A DNA stretch of 64,000 nt from Gordius albopunctatus (lineage: Eukaryota). Positions within the stretch are counted from its first letter, which is position 1, and each line of letters opens with the position of its first letter. A model generated the notes under the pieces. The model was given only the letters and a program-made list of their open reading frames with translations. It did no database searches and had not been told where the DNA came from. The stretch covers positions 20,770,001-20,834,000 of the forward strand of contig OZ193909.1 of assembly GCA_964276515.1 (NCBI GenBank). Reading direction: 5' to 3'. Made by a program: the position numbers and the translations under genes. Below are positions 13,831 to 27,399 of this stretch, one piece after another.

Positions 13831-16646
13831 TTCAGAGGATTCATATATATCACGTTTGAGGATGGTTGAAATCCATCCATTTTTTTTATCTTCCTATATA
13901 ATGCATGTAAACAATTAAACCACTATAAACACTAGTCTTGTAAGAAACGGCTGGGAGTTTTGTTTGGGCGACCTTTGGTTCAAGGCTACTAAGCTTAGTC
14001 GAGATTTAAAAACAGCACCAAAAGTCGACCAAGCAAACAACACTAATACACACACACACCTTCTGTTTCATCGCTATTGTAATGTTCCACGTCTCATTAT
14101 ATACCACAATCACCGGGTATTGATTCATGCGTACGTATGTTTCGTAATCTTGTCGGGATCTATTGTTACCATCCAATACGGCTAGGACAGTCTTAGAGAA
14201 TGAGAAATAAGTTATTTTTAAATATATTTATTATAATAACCGGTGATTTTAAAAACTGCAATATGCATATTGTCATGGGCGTAGCCACAATTGGATTCAG
14301 AGGGGGGGGGCAATAATGATTTAGTGAGGGGCAAAATGATAATTTTTGGAAACTTTAGCCATAATTATATAGAATTTCTAGATTTAGAGAAGGCAGCCGC
14401 CCCTCCGGGCCATTCTCTGGCTTGGCCTATGCATATCGTATTATAATTAATGTATAACAAGAAAATCGTATTGTATTTTATATGATACCATTGATTCTTC
14501 GCCAAAAAGGAGTACGTCATTAAATCCGGCTTGATTGCTTTTCGTCTTCATGTCGTAAAGTAAGACAGCTGTCCTGCCTTTTAATTTATGACAAAGATGA
14601 GTACAATAATGAAGATATAAAATATTTTTTATTTTTTAGAGGGAGCGAATACCTTTACATAGTGAAATAAAAAACGAAAAGTAATTCCAAAATATACGGA
14701 TTTAAAACAATGCCACCGTGCTTAATTATAAAAATCGACTAAATGCCTTAAAAAACAAAAATATGATACAAGGAGCTCGTGATTTAAGTCGTAACTCTAA
14801 ATACATTCCGGGAATAGATAATTTAAAAATATGCGCCTATAGTATTGTCTAAAATTAAAGAAAATCAACACTATTTCCGGCCAAAATGTACAATGCAACT
14901 TATAGTCTATTACAATAGTGGAAGATACTTATTAAATTCATAAAAAAATTATGATAATCACGGTGATATTTTAAAGGGTGTTGGTTTTAAATACCAACTA
15001 ACCTTTATCCTTGGAAATAGAAAGTTTAAGAATCTACTAGTAAGATGACATCAAAGTTGTATTGAAATCACTATTATTTAAGGTTGGTAGTATATATTTA
15101 GTGCCTTTAATCTATTTATGGGCTCACTGGCGGTCCAAAATGTCCAGTTGCGTCCTGCCAACTTGCATATTTTAAGATTCTGTAAAAGATTTTTTGCTAC
15201 CCATAGAGGCTAGCTAATGAACGCCGGTTGGCTTCCATTTTTCCGACCTCGCCCGAGCCGATAAACCCGAAAACCCCCGCCCCCTCTTGCCTAAGCCATT
15301 GGTCAAATAAGATTACATTTACCTTAAAATTGAAATTGTAATCTTTGATTTAAACACCAACATTACATACTAGCCCTAGTTAACGTATTAAGAAAATCTG
15401 GCAGAAGCCATTTGCTCTTATAGGCAAATTCTGAATAATTGAACTGCTCGTGCATTTGATAAGTACAAGAATGTAATTAAAATTTTTATCATCTACCATC
15501 ACAAACGTATTATTGAGATTCAGCAGATCAGTCAGATGTATTCAGTTCACTATAAATATTTATGGCATTTAATAATAATAAGTTATCCGACTAAATCCAA
15601 TATGCCCTTAATCTTAATGATTGATGAATTTTGTATTTTCCAAAAAATGAACCTGTGGGTTATCGTGCCTAAGTCCCTGCAATTACTACTTGAGTAACAC
15701 ATGAGTGAAATAATTTTAGCCATAATTGTATTAAATTTTATGCATATTTCAGATTAAGAGGGGGGGGGGCATCTACGCCCATGTGGGGATTATTCTCTAA
15801 AATGTTTTGGATCTATTAGGCGTCAAACCCTATTTTTTGAATTTTATTGAGACTAGTAAATTTTATGCCCCTTGTCAACAGACTAAATTAATTTTTGTAA
15901 ATTTTTAATTGCGGTTCGAACCGTTCAGCATTTTATTTGTTTTTGATGATGTAAAAATAAACGTAGAGTTGGACCATAACATCTCACAATTCTAAATCCA
16001 TAGCTTCATGCCTTTAGCATTCGCATCCTTTCTACACTGCCAAGTAAAAGTCTTTTCCATGCTTATTTCTTCATTTTGTTCATGTTGTGAATTTAATACA
16101 CTGCACCACAGCGATTATCCATTAAAATTGCTATAAATTTTTATTGAAGATTCATAGCAATTTTGTATAACCCCCTTTTCCCTAATTTGTCTGATTTGTT
16201 CGGTACATTTGTTATACCCTCGTCACAAGACAATAAACCTAGATTGGCAAGCACCATCTGTATTTTGTGCTTATGTATATTTCATTAAAGATAATATTAA
16301 TTTTGCATTTTCCAATTATTTAGTAAATGGAGTGAGTAAGTTTGACAAAAACTACTAGCTCTCTTCTTCGAACATATGTAAAAATTAAATATCTTCACTC
16401 GTTGACTTTAGGAATTTCTAGTCCCCAACTTTCTTATCACATTTGCAATCTACTAATCAATTGGCTTACATGGATGGCTTTGGCCGTTACCACGCACATT
16501 TGGTCAATTTTGAATTTTTGGGGAATTTCGCTTAAAACAGTTGACACTGTTGTTTCTAACTAAATATATCCTCTATTTTATCAAGTTTTGTCCTCTTCAT
16601 TAGGTCTTGGAACACACTTCTCTCTCTCAGGGAGACAATTCAATCA

Positions 16647-18039
16647 CAGTGGCGTGCCCACGGGGAAGAAGGAAATTTCCCCAACCCCCGTAGAAAATTT
16701 AAAAAAATTGATTAAAATTACATTAAAAGTATTTAAAGCTGCATAAAAGACTAAGACACTTATAAATAACTTAAAAGCTTATATATTTATTTTATTCTTA
16801 AATTTAATTTTCGGGTAAAAGCTTTAAGCCATTATTTTTTTTGAATTCACTTGTTCGCTTGCTAAGAAAGTTGACTAAGCATTTTCCCCACTACCTGGCT
16901 CACCCACACCCATATATAGCAATTTCATATATTATACAGGAATTTCGTTTAGGCAATATAGATACTTGAATTTACTTTAATATCTTGATAAATTTTTCAG
17001 CTATACATTGTTACTATGCAAAAAATTGTAAAAAAAGAATCTTGTTCAACAGGTCACTTCACTAACATTGCAACTTGATGAATTTTATAAAATTCGGGGA
17101 TGACGAAGTTATTAGCGGAACTCAAAGCCAATTTAGATCTAAATTCTAAAAAGACCTCGATTTGCCAAGAGGCAAAATATTCTTAGTAATATTTCAACTC
17201 AATCAATTTATTATAAATTTACGATAGTTATACCATCTTCATTCCTTCATTAATAAATAAATCAACGGTTTTCGATAAAAAACAAATTCTAACCAACTTT
17301 CCAATCTTGTTCTCGCAAAATTCGTCAGCTGAGTTTCACTCTAGTGATTTAAATTTTATGATCACGATGTTGCAACAGAAGCTGCAACTTTTCTCACTTC
17401 TTTACAATCTGAATATTTTATGCAAGCAATTGCAAAAAAGGACCTAGATCTTCAGCAAGTTAGACAGTTAGCAGAAACTTTAGTAATAGTAGTCGAACCT
17501 AAGGCTAAGTTGTATGATTTTGAACTTAAGAAACCTCGATATACAAAGAAAATGAACGGTTTTTGGACAAGAAACAAGTTTTGGAAAATTTCCAAATAAT
17601 ATTTCCTCCAAATTCTTTGATAGTTTTGCCATAAACGCGAATGAAAACAAATTATAGAAGGATTTCGTCCAAAGAATCCCTTGGAGGCCCTATCAAATTA
17701 TAAAATATTGTTATCTTTGCCCAACAGCACAACTCTTCTTTACCTATTAGCTTTTATATAAGAAATACTATGTCAAAAAATAGATTAAATGGATTGGACC
17801 TTTTTTTAGCATTTTTATTTCAAAATTTAAATTAAAAAAAGAAAGTCATTATAAAATAATTCTATATTTGTTCCAGCGACAATATCTTAAGAACTTCATC
17901 TGGAATGGGAGCTAATTCCAATAAATCGCATAGCAATTAATAAGTGTCTTACTTGGTCAGTTACGTTGCAGAACTATTAAATATAAACTTTAGATCTAAA
18001 ATATTTTCTTTCATCAAAAATCGGAAGGTTACGCCACTG
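16647..18039 (+). mobile_element. Highly decayed hAT-like DNA transposon
   Basis: Termini cagtggcgt.../...acgccactg enclose interrupted coding-like sequence. No clear TSD. Confidence 0.4.
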
Positions 18040-19121
18040 ATTCACATAATATTTTTATCATTTGTCTAAATTTTTATGTCAGAACCGGGCTCGATCCCAT
18101 AACCAAATCGCCATCCCAAACCCTTCTAAAAGTCGATCCACTAATGCCCAAATTATTAGAGCTACCCAAATCGCCCGGCATTCATTTTGTAATCTCCCTC
18201 ACGAATATTTGATTTAATTCTCAATTTTTTTGATAGGAAGTCCAATTAATTATATTATTATGTGTATAGAACCAATTAAAATATTTACAAAGAAATACAG
18301 TATATATAAAATCTTTTTAAGCCCTGATCTTATAATAGTGCCCGCCTGGACCTATCTGAAAATGTGAATTAATGACAGTTGCCTGCCAAGCACTTAGGCC
18401 GAGTGGGCCCAGCTGCGGTTCAGACTTTTTTGGTTTTGATCTTTAAAATTTTTTGGCAGCCCCCCCCCTCCCTTGGTGAGAAATTCCTGTGCCTGCGCTC
18501 ATTCAACTTAAACTCTTTGTTCCTTTTAATATACACTCCAAAAACGCTTGGAGCCATCTAAAAATAGCTAGTATTTTTTCCCTGATTATAATTAAAGTCT
18601 GAGAGCACAATATTATCCAAATTTAGTTTTCCATTTATTTCACTCGTTTGTCTTTTACCTTGCAAAATACTTGCTAATTTCCATTATCTTTGTCATTCAT
18701 TTGAATTTTATCAGAAAGGGCTATGTTTTAAAGTCCCTGCTCTTTAGTGCTACATCCTTGTTTTACACAATAATAAACAAGTGTTAATAATAATTTAATA
18801 TTTGTTAGGAGAATCTTTTTTTGGTTTGATTTTCATTAAAGTTTAATGCATGCTATATACATTAGAGCAGTAACAAATATAGGTTGATTTCTAATTTAAT
18901 TTTACTCACAATCAACAAAATCTAATAAACACAACAAAAATCATTACTTAAATTATACATTCAATAAAAAAGTAAATCATTCATGTTTACAAAATAGTCT
19001 TAATTTTTAAAATATATATTAAAATTTGGAAACTAATTATTACACAAATTACAACATGTGATACTTAAGAAATATAAAAGATACCTTTTTGCTAATGAAT
19101 AACCTTTATTATAAATATAAT

Positions 19122-19724
19122 TTATTTTCTTGGTTTGCCTTCTCGACCAGCCAATTTTACATTATAATAAAAATAAAGGTGTTTTAAACGAGTTTTCATT
19201 AATCTATATGTTTCAGGCATTTCAGTTTTCATAGCTTCACCCATATAATTATTTTTTCTAATTAACCATTGTAATTCATTCCATTTTTTGGGTACACCCC
19301 TTACCCACAGGGGCCCTTTATCAATTAAATCAGGTTGTTTAATCCCATCCCCTAATATATCTATATAGTCATTCTGCCCAAAATATGCCTTTTCGTGTGA
19401 CCAAGAGTCTGGAGGTTTGCATGGTGGAATAGGAGCTGGGGTCTCAGTTTTAACTCGGGGAAGAAAGCCACCATTGAACCAATTTATTTTATACCCACTT
19501 CTTCTTTTATAAGGGTAAGGTGGGATTATTCTAGGTTTGTAATAGATGTCCCCTCTTTTAATAGGGACTGAACTAGTGTCATTAGGGTTTTCCCGCCATG
19601 ATTTTTCAACAGTTATTTTATTCAAATGCTTATGTATCCAAGAATAATTAGTCGAACAAGAGCGAAGCACGATTAGCGAAGTAGTATTGATACTCTGTAA
19701 AATTTTATTATGCAAAGTCTGCAT
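19122..19724 (-). CDS. MRPL51: Mitochondrial large-subunit ribosomal protein mL51 (200 aa, intronless ORF)
   Basis: Diagnostic W-x3-KAYFGQNDYIDILGDG...GPLWVRG...NELQWLIRK...RLKHLY motif. The Ser/Arg/Leu-rich N-terminus is consistent with a mitochondrial targeting peptide. Confidence 0.93.
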   Translation of the reverse strand: MQTLHNKILQSINTTSLIVLRSCSTNYSWIHKHLNKITVEKSWRENPNDTSSVPIKRGDIYYKPRIIPPYPYKRRSGYKINWFNGGFLPRVKTETPAPIPPCKPPDSWSHEKAYFGQNDYIDILGDGIKQPDLIDKGPLWVRGVPKKWNELQWLIRKNNYMGEAMKTEMPETYRLMKTRLKHLYFYYNVKLAGREGKPRK

Positions 19725-19949
19725 CCTACATTTACCCTAAGCAATTTATACAAATAACACTTACAAAATTTGAAGAAGACCCAAATGCTTGCAAAAAGTA
19801 ATATGTTACAATGGGACGATATCGATTTAATACCAATGTGAATAATGGAATATGACATAAAGAACTTTTGATAATCTTAAGTTCTAGAACATATTTATCT
19901 AAAACACTATAATACTAGCTTTCTGAATATTAATTAATATAATTTAGAA

Positions 19950-21350
19950 TTTTATATTAGTATTCAAATAAATCTTGTTACTTAAAATTACAAAAAGTCT
20001 TTTAGTTTGCTAAAATCTACAAGTGGGCATCTCTTATAGGTTTAGATATTTATTCAGGTTTATAATCTAACACTTAATGATGCTAAATACGAAATTTTAC
20101 AGCGCTCTAATTTTGATAAAAATTTCATATTTAAACCATATTTTTTTGTGAATAATAAAATCTTTCAATGCTCGGCTATAGGTGGATCTCCCTGTTTACA
20201 AGGCTTTTAAACAAGTATTTGACTCTTTTGGCCTCAAAATTTAATCTTTTAAAATTACTACCAATACATCAAGCTTTTTTTATGTTAAAAAACTTTTTAA
20301 ACATCCCCAAAATTCAGCACAGTTTTGGATCAACTGACGCTTTTTACCCACAGATATTTTGAAATTATGAATCTACAATTGAAGATCTCCTTGAAAAAAA
20401 TTTGAATCTATCTTTTGATAATACCAGCTGGCTGCAGGCCACCCCCTTCCAACCAAATTTGGGGGCTTAGGAATTAGGTCCCCACTGACTATTTTTCTTC
20501 TGGCGTTTCTCTATTCCTTTAAATCTGTGAAGGATCTTGTTTTATTAACCTCTCAAGTGATTTTTTAACGGAATTGGCCATATTGTCTTGGAATGAGAAC
20601 GTCCTATGCATATCAGGAAGCAGCCTTCCAGAGTCGATCAACAACGAGACTGAGATGCCAGTATACTATCACGCTCCGTTGCTTATCTTATTTCGAGTTG
20701 TGATACTGTGCAGCATTTCAATCTCAGGTCACTTACGGCTGACTCTGGTCACGAATCCCAAGTAAACACACAGGATTTCTCCTTTCAAATCCAGATTGTA
20801 TGCAATATCTCTCCGCCTAGGTATAAAAGTTACCATAGGATATCCCTGCAAAAATTTCATCAAGCAAATAGATATCTGGGATAATCACCCACTCCATTGC
20901 AAGTTAAACAAATATCGCTTTATCCGTCATCAAAAGATAAACATTTTGATTCAATCGGCTTTAAAACCTCCTTGCTTCCTCCAACCACCTGACGGAGCTT
21001 CTATAATCCCCTTGGAGGATGGTATGCGTCTAGTTTGGGACTTCACCTGCATTGATATCTTCGCGCCAACTAATAATAATTTTAACCCACTTTCTTGTGC
21101 GGATCCTAAAACACTCAAATACCGAGCGATTGCTCAATCTAAAATTAAATAGTAGCTTCGTTTGGCTACTTTTGGCAAGAAAGCATTAGAATTTTTAAAC
21201 CCATAGGAAACAGATCCCTCAAAGCTAAATACTCATCCAGCTTTTTTTACGCCAAAAAATCGGAGTTTTATTAGCTAAATATAATTACAAATCTTTATCT
21301 GACACATGGCCCGTGTTGGATATTGACGAATCTGATAAATATTTTTTTAT
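19950..21350 (+). mobile_element. Second decayed CRE-clade non-LTR retrotransposon (3' half)
   Basis: Motifs FGGLGIRSP (20458-20484), YAISLRLG...NHPLHC...RHQKIN and PPDGASIIPLEDGMRLVWDFTCIDIFAPTN. It is homologous to, but clearly diverged from, the copy at 4018-5750. The 5' boundary is approximate. Confidence 0.78.
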
Positions 21351-22096
21351 TTATAATATTATTCTATGCTCGTTTATTGTATATTTTATGTATCAATTTT
21401 ACCTTGAGAACATTTTAACATTAAAGTAAAAATTAACAAAACTAGGTAATATTAGTTAAATAAAATAAACCTTGCATAGAGTTTTAATTCTCAACTGAGC
21501 ATGAAATACATGTAGAGGTGGCTGAGCTTGTGTACTCTTGTGATCCAAGAAGCTATACCTTTGGTAGCTCAATACAATTTTTTTGGCCTGTTGGCAAGGT
21601 TCCTTTTGAGGGGTTTAAGGGAGTGCTTGTTTAAACAAAAGTTAAATTTATCAAGACGTTAGCATCAGAAGTAATAGTAGGTACTTTTAAGAGATTTATT
21701 ATCAACAGAAATATCAGAGTGATAATGAATCTCTTAAAATTATTCTGTATGAGGGAAAAAATCTATTAAATTTAATAGTAGGTAGTCAAGTGCCCAAATC
21801 TAACATAGTGCCGTTAGGCATAGAAATCCGGAATATAAATACTCTCCCTTTCTATATAAACCCGAATGTATTACTACAACAAAGAAGCAGCATGAAAACT
21901 GTCGTGGTTGTGTACCATGCAGTATATTGTACGTCCCCTTCCCCCCTCCTACCTCGCTTTGTTAGGGTGCGTCTTAAAATAAGATTTTGACTCGCAGCAA
22001 AAAAAGCGAACACATGTTAAAACATAGCCGCGTCTTAATATACGCTTCACTTCATTTTTGCTTCTTTGTTACTTCATTTCATTCGCGATTTGCAGG

Positions 22097-22766
22097 ATGC
22101 AAAATATAGAGTAAGCTAATAAAATAATTATTAAATGCATAATAAATGCTTAAATTAGGCAAGAACAAACAAAAACACTCATTAGATGTGTGGAATCTCA
22201 AATCATTATTTGGGATGATGAAAAGGAACTTCACAGTAATAAACTAGAGGTTGCCAAATCATGGCAACTGGTAGCCAATGATTGCAACTTGCCAGGTTAC
22301 ATTTTATAATGAATGTTATAATTTTAATAGTGGAACAATGCAAAACCAAGTGGAAAATCTTAAGAGATGGGTTTAGACGAGAAAGAAATAGAATTAAACA
22401 TGCCAAGTCAGGGTCTGGGGCCCTGACAACAAAATGGCATTATTTTAAAGATTTGTTTTTTTAGAAAAGGTGTTTCAAGAAACACCTACTGTTAGCTCTC
22501 TTGACCAAATCTCTGTTTTAAATGAGAGTTCAAATAAAGAAAACCCACCCAGACGGAGCATTCTGACTGATCAAATAAACAGGTTGCTTTATTTACAGCT
22601 TAATTTATTTATTAGGTTAATAAATATAGAAGAAGAAAAGCTCAAAATTTCTTGTGATCCAGAAAAGATCTTTCTGGATTCACTATTAGCAGACTTCAAA
22701 TCTCTGAATGATAATAATAAGTTACTTTTCAAATTAAATATATTGCATTTTTTATATATTAGTTGA
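22097..22766 (+). pseudogene. Harbinger MADF (Myb/SANT-like) DNA-binding protein with a BESS-like C-terminus, frameshifted
   Basis: Two short GT-AG introns give MQNIEQEQTKTLIRCVESQIIIWDD...SWQLVANDCNLPVEQCKTKWKILRDGFRRE...KSGSG...KWHYFKDLFF. There is a 1-nt slip in a T run at ~22456-22462. The C-terminus reads DPEKIFLDSLLADFKSL...KLLFKLNIL. Confidence 0.8.
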
Positions 22767-22894
22767 TGATATATTTTATATGATGAATAAAAGTTTATGT
22801 GTATTAGTACAACTCTAAGCAAAATTTGACAACCTATAAAAGAAATAACAATTTATTAAGAACTCATTAAACAATAAAAAAAATTATAATGGTT

Positions 22895-24107
22895 TTAATG
22901 CCAAGGTAAAGAATGACATTTAAAATATTGACTAAATAATTCTCTAATATTCTGAGCATGGTGAGAAGATGGGTTGTTCTCAGGCAATAACTGTTGGGTA
23001 TTTTCAATTTGGGCATTGTGTAAATTATAATCATAAGAATGCAATTCCTTATCTAATAAAATATTATGCAAAATACAAATTGTTTGAATTATTTTTTCAG
23101 CCTTTTTAGGCTTAGTTTTTATTGGGGTCTCAAGAATCCCAAAATTTTTAGCCAATATTCCAAATGAACATTCTACAGAATTCCTGGCTCTTGCCAATCT
23201 TTTGTTGTACATAACTTTGTCATCATTTAATGAAGAGCTTGGATATGGTTTCATAAGAAACTCTGATAGCTGAAAAGCTTCATCAGCTATGAATACATAT
23301 GGGACTTTTACAGGAGTATTAGTTAAATAGGTATCAGGTGGTAAAAAATTTCTATTTTCCTGTATCTTTTTATACAGGGAACAGTGTTTCCAAACCCCTC
23401 CGTCACTTTGACGCCCTAGGGCTACTACATCAATATAAGTAAATTTATATTTGGCATCTGAGACAGCCATCAATACAATGGAATGATATCCTTTGTAGTT
23501 ATAGAAACGGCTTCCTGCTTTTGCTGGTTTGATAATCCTTATATGCTTTCCATCAACTGCTCCCAAACAATTTGGAAAGTTCCATATCTCCTCATAATCT
23601 TTTGCTATCTAAAGAATAATTTATTTTATATTAAATAATGACTACTTTTTTCCAATTTTCATGATTGGGTATTGGTATGTGAATCTTCATCAAGTTTTTT
23701 ACAATAGCTTCAGTAACTTCATCCACTATATAGGCTATTGCACTTCTACTTATCCTAAAAGAAAAGGCTAATTGCCTGAAACACTCCCCCAATATTAAAT
23801 ATCTAAATGAAAATTAAATATAATCTATTCTTATAATATGCCTTAAAGTAACCATCAACCTTTCAGCTGGACTTATCCATTCAACTTTATCATTAGAATG
23901 ATTTATATCTTCTTCAATATGAGACAAGATATAGTAAAATGTGCTTTGTTGCATCCTTGTATAATCATAAAATAACTCAAAATATTTTTAGTCATATTAG
24001 AAAACTCCCCCAAAACATGTCTGTTTATATAATATATTTTTTTTTCTCGTAGATTTTTTTGATGCATACTCAGTTAGTAAAAGAATTAATATTGATATTG
24101 CATCCAT
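22895..24107 (-). pseudogene. Harbinger (HARBI1-like DDE) transposase; catalytic core intact, N-terminus disrupted
   Basis: Core motifs WNFPNCLGAVDGKHIRI...FYNYKGYHSIVLMAVSDA...ADEAF...RARNSVECSFGIL...CILHN. Upstream HTH-region exons (PAERLMVTLRYL...LAFSFRIS) are separated by two short introns. There are stops/frameshifts near 24000. Confidence 0.88.
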
Positions 24108-25469
24108 TTAGTTGAAGCGCATATTTAGACACAAAAAATTATGGCGCGCTTGAAGTTGAAGCGTATATTAAGACAGGCCCTTAGACGTGTATTAATGCAT
24201 ACGCGTTGCCCCCCTCCCGCATCTCTCTCCCTCCTCGCTGTATGATACGCGCATTAATTTTAACACGCGTATCCCCCCCCCCACATCTCTCTCTCTCCTC
24301 GTTTTATTATACGCGTACCAGTTCAGGTCACGCGTGAATGATCGTACTGGAGATCGCATCTTTCTTTTGTTCGTATTAGAATCAGATATTATTTCGCGTT
24401 TTTTATATAAAAATTATAGTGAGCAATATACGCGTTTCCTTCGCTGTACATATACGCTTGCTATTGGGATTTTCTAATATTCCAAGATAATAAATAAATG
24501 AAATTATATAAAGTAAGAAATAAATAATTGAATATGCTTGAATAACTAGTAATTAATTTAATAGTAACGTAATCTAATTTCCAACCTTGAGTAATCAATT
24601 TGTTCTTCAGTTTTATCGTTTTGATAATTTGGTGTCAGAAGTAGGGACAATTGTTTTCGTATAATAAAACGAGGAGAGAGAGATGTGGGGGGGGGATACG
24701 CGTGTTGGCATTAATGCGCGTATCATACAGCGAGGTAGGGGGGGGGAAAGAAACGTACAATATATTGCGTGGTACACAACCACGACAAAAACCAAGCTAG
24801 GGCGTGATCGATATTGTTTTTATACAAGAGACCAAATAAAAGGGCTTAAAAGCGAAATATATAGGTCATGGATACAAATTATATTTTAACGGCATAGAAA
24901 CGCATCAGAATGGCGAGGGTATAGTATTATCGGGTGAATTTCGAAAAACTGTGGTCGACGTTAAATGAACCAATATCAAAATTATGGCGATACAGCTTTG
25001 TTTCAAATATAATTCGGTAAACATTAGATCAACATAAGCTCCTCAAAGTAGTCGCACAGAGGTGGAAAAAGATTGTTTTTGAATGGAGCCTGAAGGCTAT
25101 CTCATAAAGATTGGCTCATAGTTATTGGAGCGGACCTCAATGGACAAGTGGGTAAATCAAGAGGAGGGTATGAAAGAAATCACGGTGGTCGGAATTACGG
25201 TAGAAATTGCTCAAGATTTTGACAGAGCTATAGGAAATACCTCCTTCAAAAATAAATGCCTTATAACTTACCAAAGAGGGATAAGCCGTACCACTCAGCT
25301 AGATTTCTTTCTGACAACAGAATCCACCTAAAGATGTCCAAAATGAAAGTTAATACCATGTGAAATATTGTCTTGTCAACACAAGCTGTTGGTGTTAAAC
25401 TTTAGGGCCTTAAAGGGTAAAATGTACAAAAAAAAGAGTAGAGGCTACAATAAAATGAGAATAAATTAT

Positions 25470-26200
25470 GGTGCCCAGTATATTAATGCTCAGTAAAAAA
25501 ATCAAATGCACAGTAAATTAATTAAATGCTCATAAAAAAAAATTAATATTCAGTAAAATAATTTTTTGTACATTGATAAATTCATTTGTTCAGTTATTTA
25601 TTATGATTTATTATTTTTGCAAAGTTATTCAAAATTGCTTGAAAGAATATAGATTTATGCGAGACTTGAACTCGCAACCTAAGTTGTAGAAGAGTAAAAC
25701 GAAGCGCGTGGACTAATAGTGCTTTTCAGAAATAATTTTTTTTGTTAATATATATAACCTTTTTTCTAAAATAATATGTGATTACTTCACAATTTCAATT
25801 TTTTATAATAATTTAATATATAAAACATCAAAACAATGACAATTTAATTATCATTTATTAAATTATAAACAGTGTATTTGTTTTAACTGAGCATCTAAAG
25901 TTTACTGAACATTTGGTAAAGAATTTATAAGCATTTTTTCAATAATTTGTCATTTCAATCGATAAATTCTATTTAACTACTAAGCTGTATTTTAATTACT
26001 GAGCAATGCTATAAAATTACTTATCAATTTGATTATTAAGCAATTTTATTAAATTACTGAGGTATTCAGCAATGTTATTAAATTACTAAGCAATGTTCAT
26101 TGCCATAAAATTACTAAGAAATGTTATAAAATTACTAATCAATGCTATATATTTACTGAGCAAACATTTTGAATTTCTTACTGTGCACTTAAATAACATC
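25470..26200. mobile_element. AT-rich non-autonomous insertion with inverted subterminal repeats and an internal tRNA-like fragment
   Basis: Repeated gctcagtaaa motifs on the left versus tttactgagc on the right. A minus-strand B-box-like ggttgcgagttcaagtctcgc lies at ~25659-25680. It interrupts the RTE coding sequence. Confidence 0.55.
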
Positions 26201-27399
26201 CCAATAAAATGGAGGGGACCAAAGGATAATACTCAACAATTCCGATTAGAACTAATGAGACATGATGGATTTAGAGAAAATACATCGTGTACTGGTCAGT
26301 GGAATGCTATAGCCTGCACGACGCTGAAAGACGATCAATATTAGGTAAACACAAGCTTACTTAGAGTATTCTCAGGGAGTCGTTGTGGCGGAGTGAAAAA
26401 GAACAAACGTGCATCAAAGAAAAGAAGAGATTGTTCAAAGTTTGGTATAAAAGCGGAGATAGGATAAGCATGCAGTAGTAGCTTAAAACAAGGTGTCAAA
26501 GGAGAAAGATTGATCTACAAAATCGCTAAGTCAAGGGCCCGCAATTCCAAAAACTAGGTAGAATGCCGGCTAATCAAGGGACAAAATGGAGAAATACTAG
26601 CACTTGATAGCTATATATTACAAAGATGGTATGACTACAATAGTGAGTTATCAAAAAGAGGCCCTTAATCGAAGATTAAAACCAAGAAAGCATAACGGGA
26701 GAATTAGACTCAGCGGATTGGATCACCGAAACGAAGTTCAAAGTTGCTATAGGTAAACTAAAGGCAGGAAAAGCTCTCACAACATACCAATAGGCGTTAA
26801 AGCGTTCCGATATATTGGTGTCCAAATGGTGGGTTTAAAACAATATCTTAAAACGGGGAGGGATGGCTATATGATCCCGATATACAAGATGAAAGGGGAC
26901 ATTCAGGATTATAAGCTTATGAGTCACACTTTCAAAGTGATCGAAAAACGGCTTGGGAGTTGAGTTCTAATTCGAGATAACCAATTCGGATTTATGCCGG
27001 AGAGGTCTACAGCATACGCCCTAAACAGTGCTAGAAGATTAATGGAACGGTTTAGAGAAAGGGAAGAGGATTTGCACATGTGTTTAATCGATCTAGAAAA
27101 AGCGTTTGATAAAGTTCCTCGTACTCTAGTGTGGAAATTACTTAAAGAAAACAAAGTGTTTGAATTATACGTCAGAGCAATAAAAGATATGTACAAGGGA
27201 AATAGAACGTTACGTTAGAACAACGGTGGGGACTACAAAGGGCTTTGCCATTAACACTAGAGTCCATCAGGGTTCAGCTCTTAGTCCCTTCCTATTTATA
27301 ATGATAATGGATATTATTACCAAGTATTTGGGCGAGGAACCTCCCTAGTCAATGATCTTTGCAGACGATATAATCCTATGTGCGAGAAGTGAACAAGAA

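Larger units (their letters stand above)
21965..24180. mobile_element. PIF/Harbinger DNA transposon, full structure
   Basis: TIRs gggtgcgtcttaaaata / tatattaagacaggccc. TTA target-site duplication at 21962-21964 and 24181-24183. It carries convergent MADF-protein and DDE transposase genes. Confidence 0.92.
21897..24793. mobile_element. Foldback/MITE with long inverted arms, interrupted by the Harbinger element
   Basis: gtcgtggttgtgtaccatgcagtatattgtacgt... (21901) is the reverse complement of ...acgtacaatatattgcgtggtacacaaccacgac (~24787). 24232-24303 pairs with 24668-24735. Confidence 0.7.

Noticed and set aside
16627..16634. CTCAGGGA as part of a miR-125/lin-4 gene near lin-28
   Set aside because: Only the 8-mer matches; the flanks are a (ct)n tract with no mature-sequence match or hairpin. 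No let-7 or miR-100 mature sequence was noticed in the window by eye.
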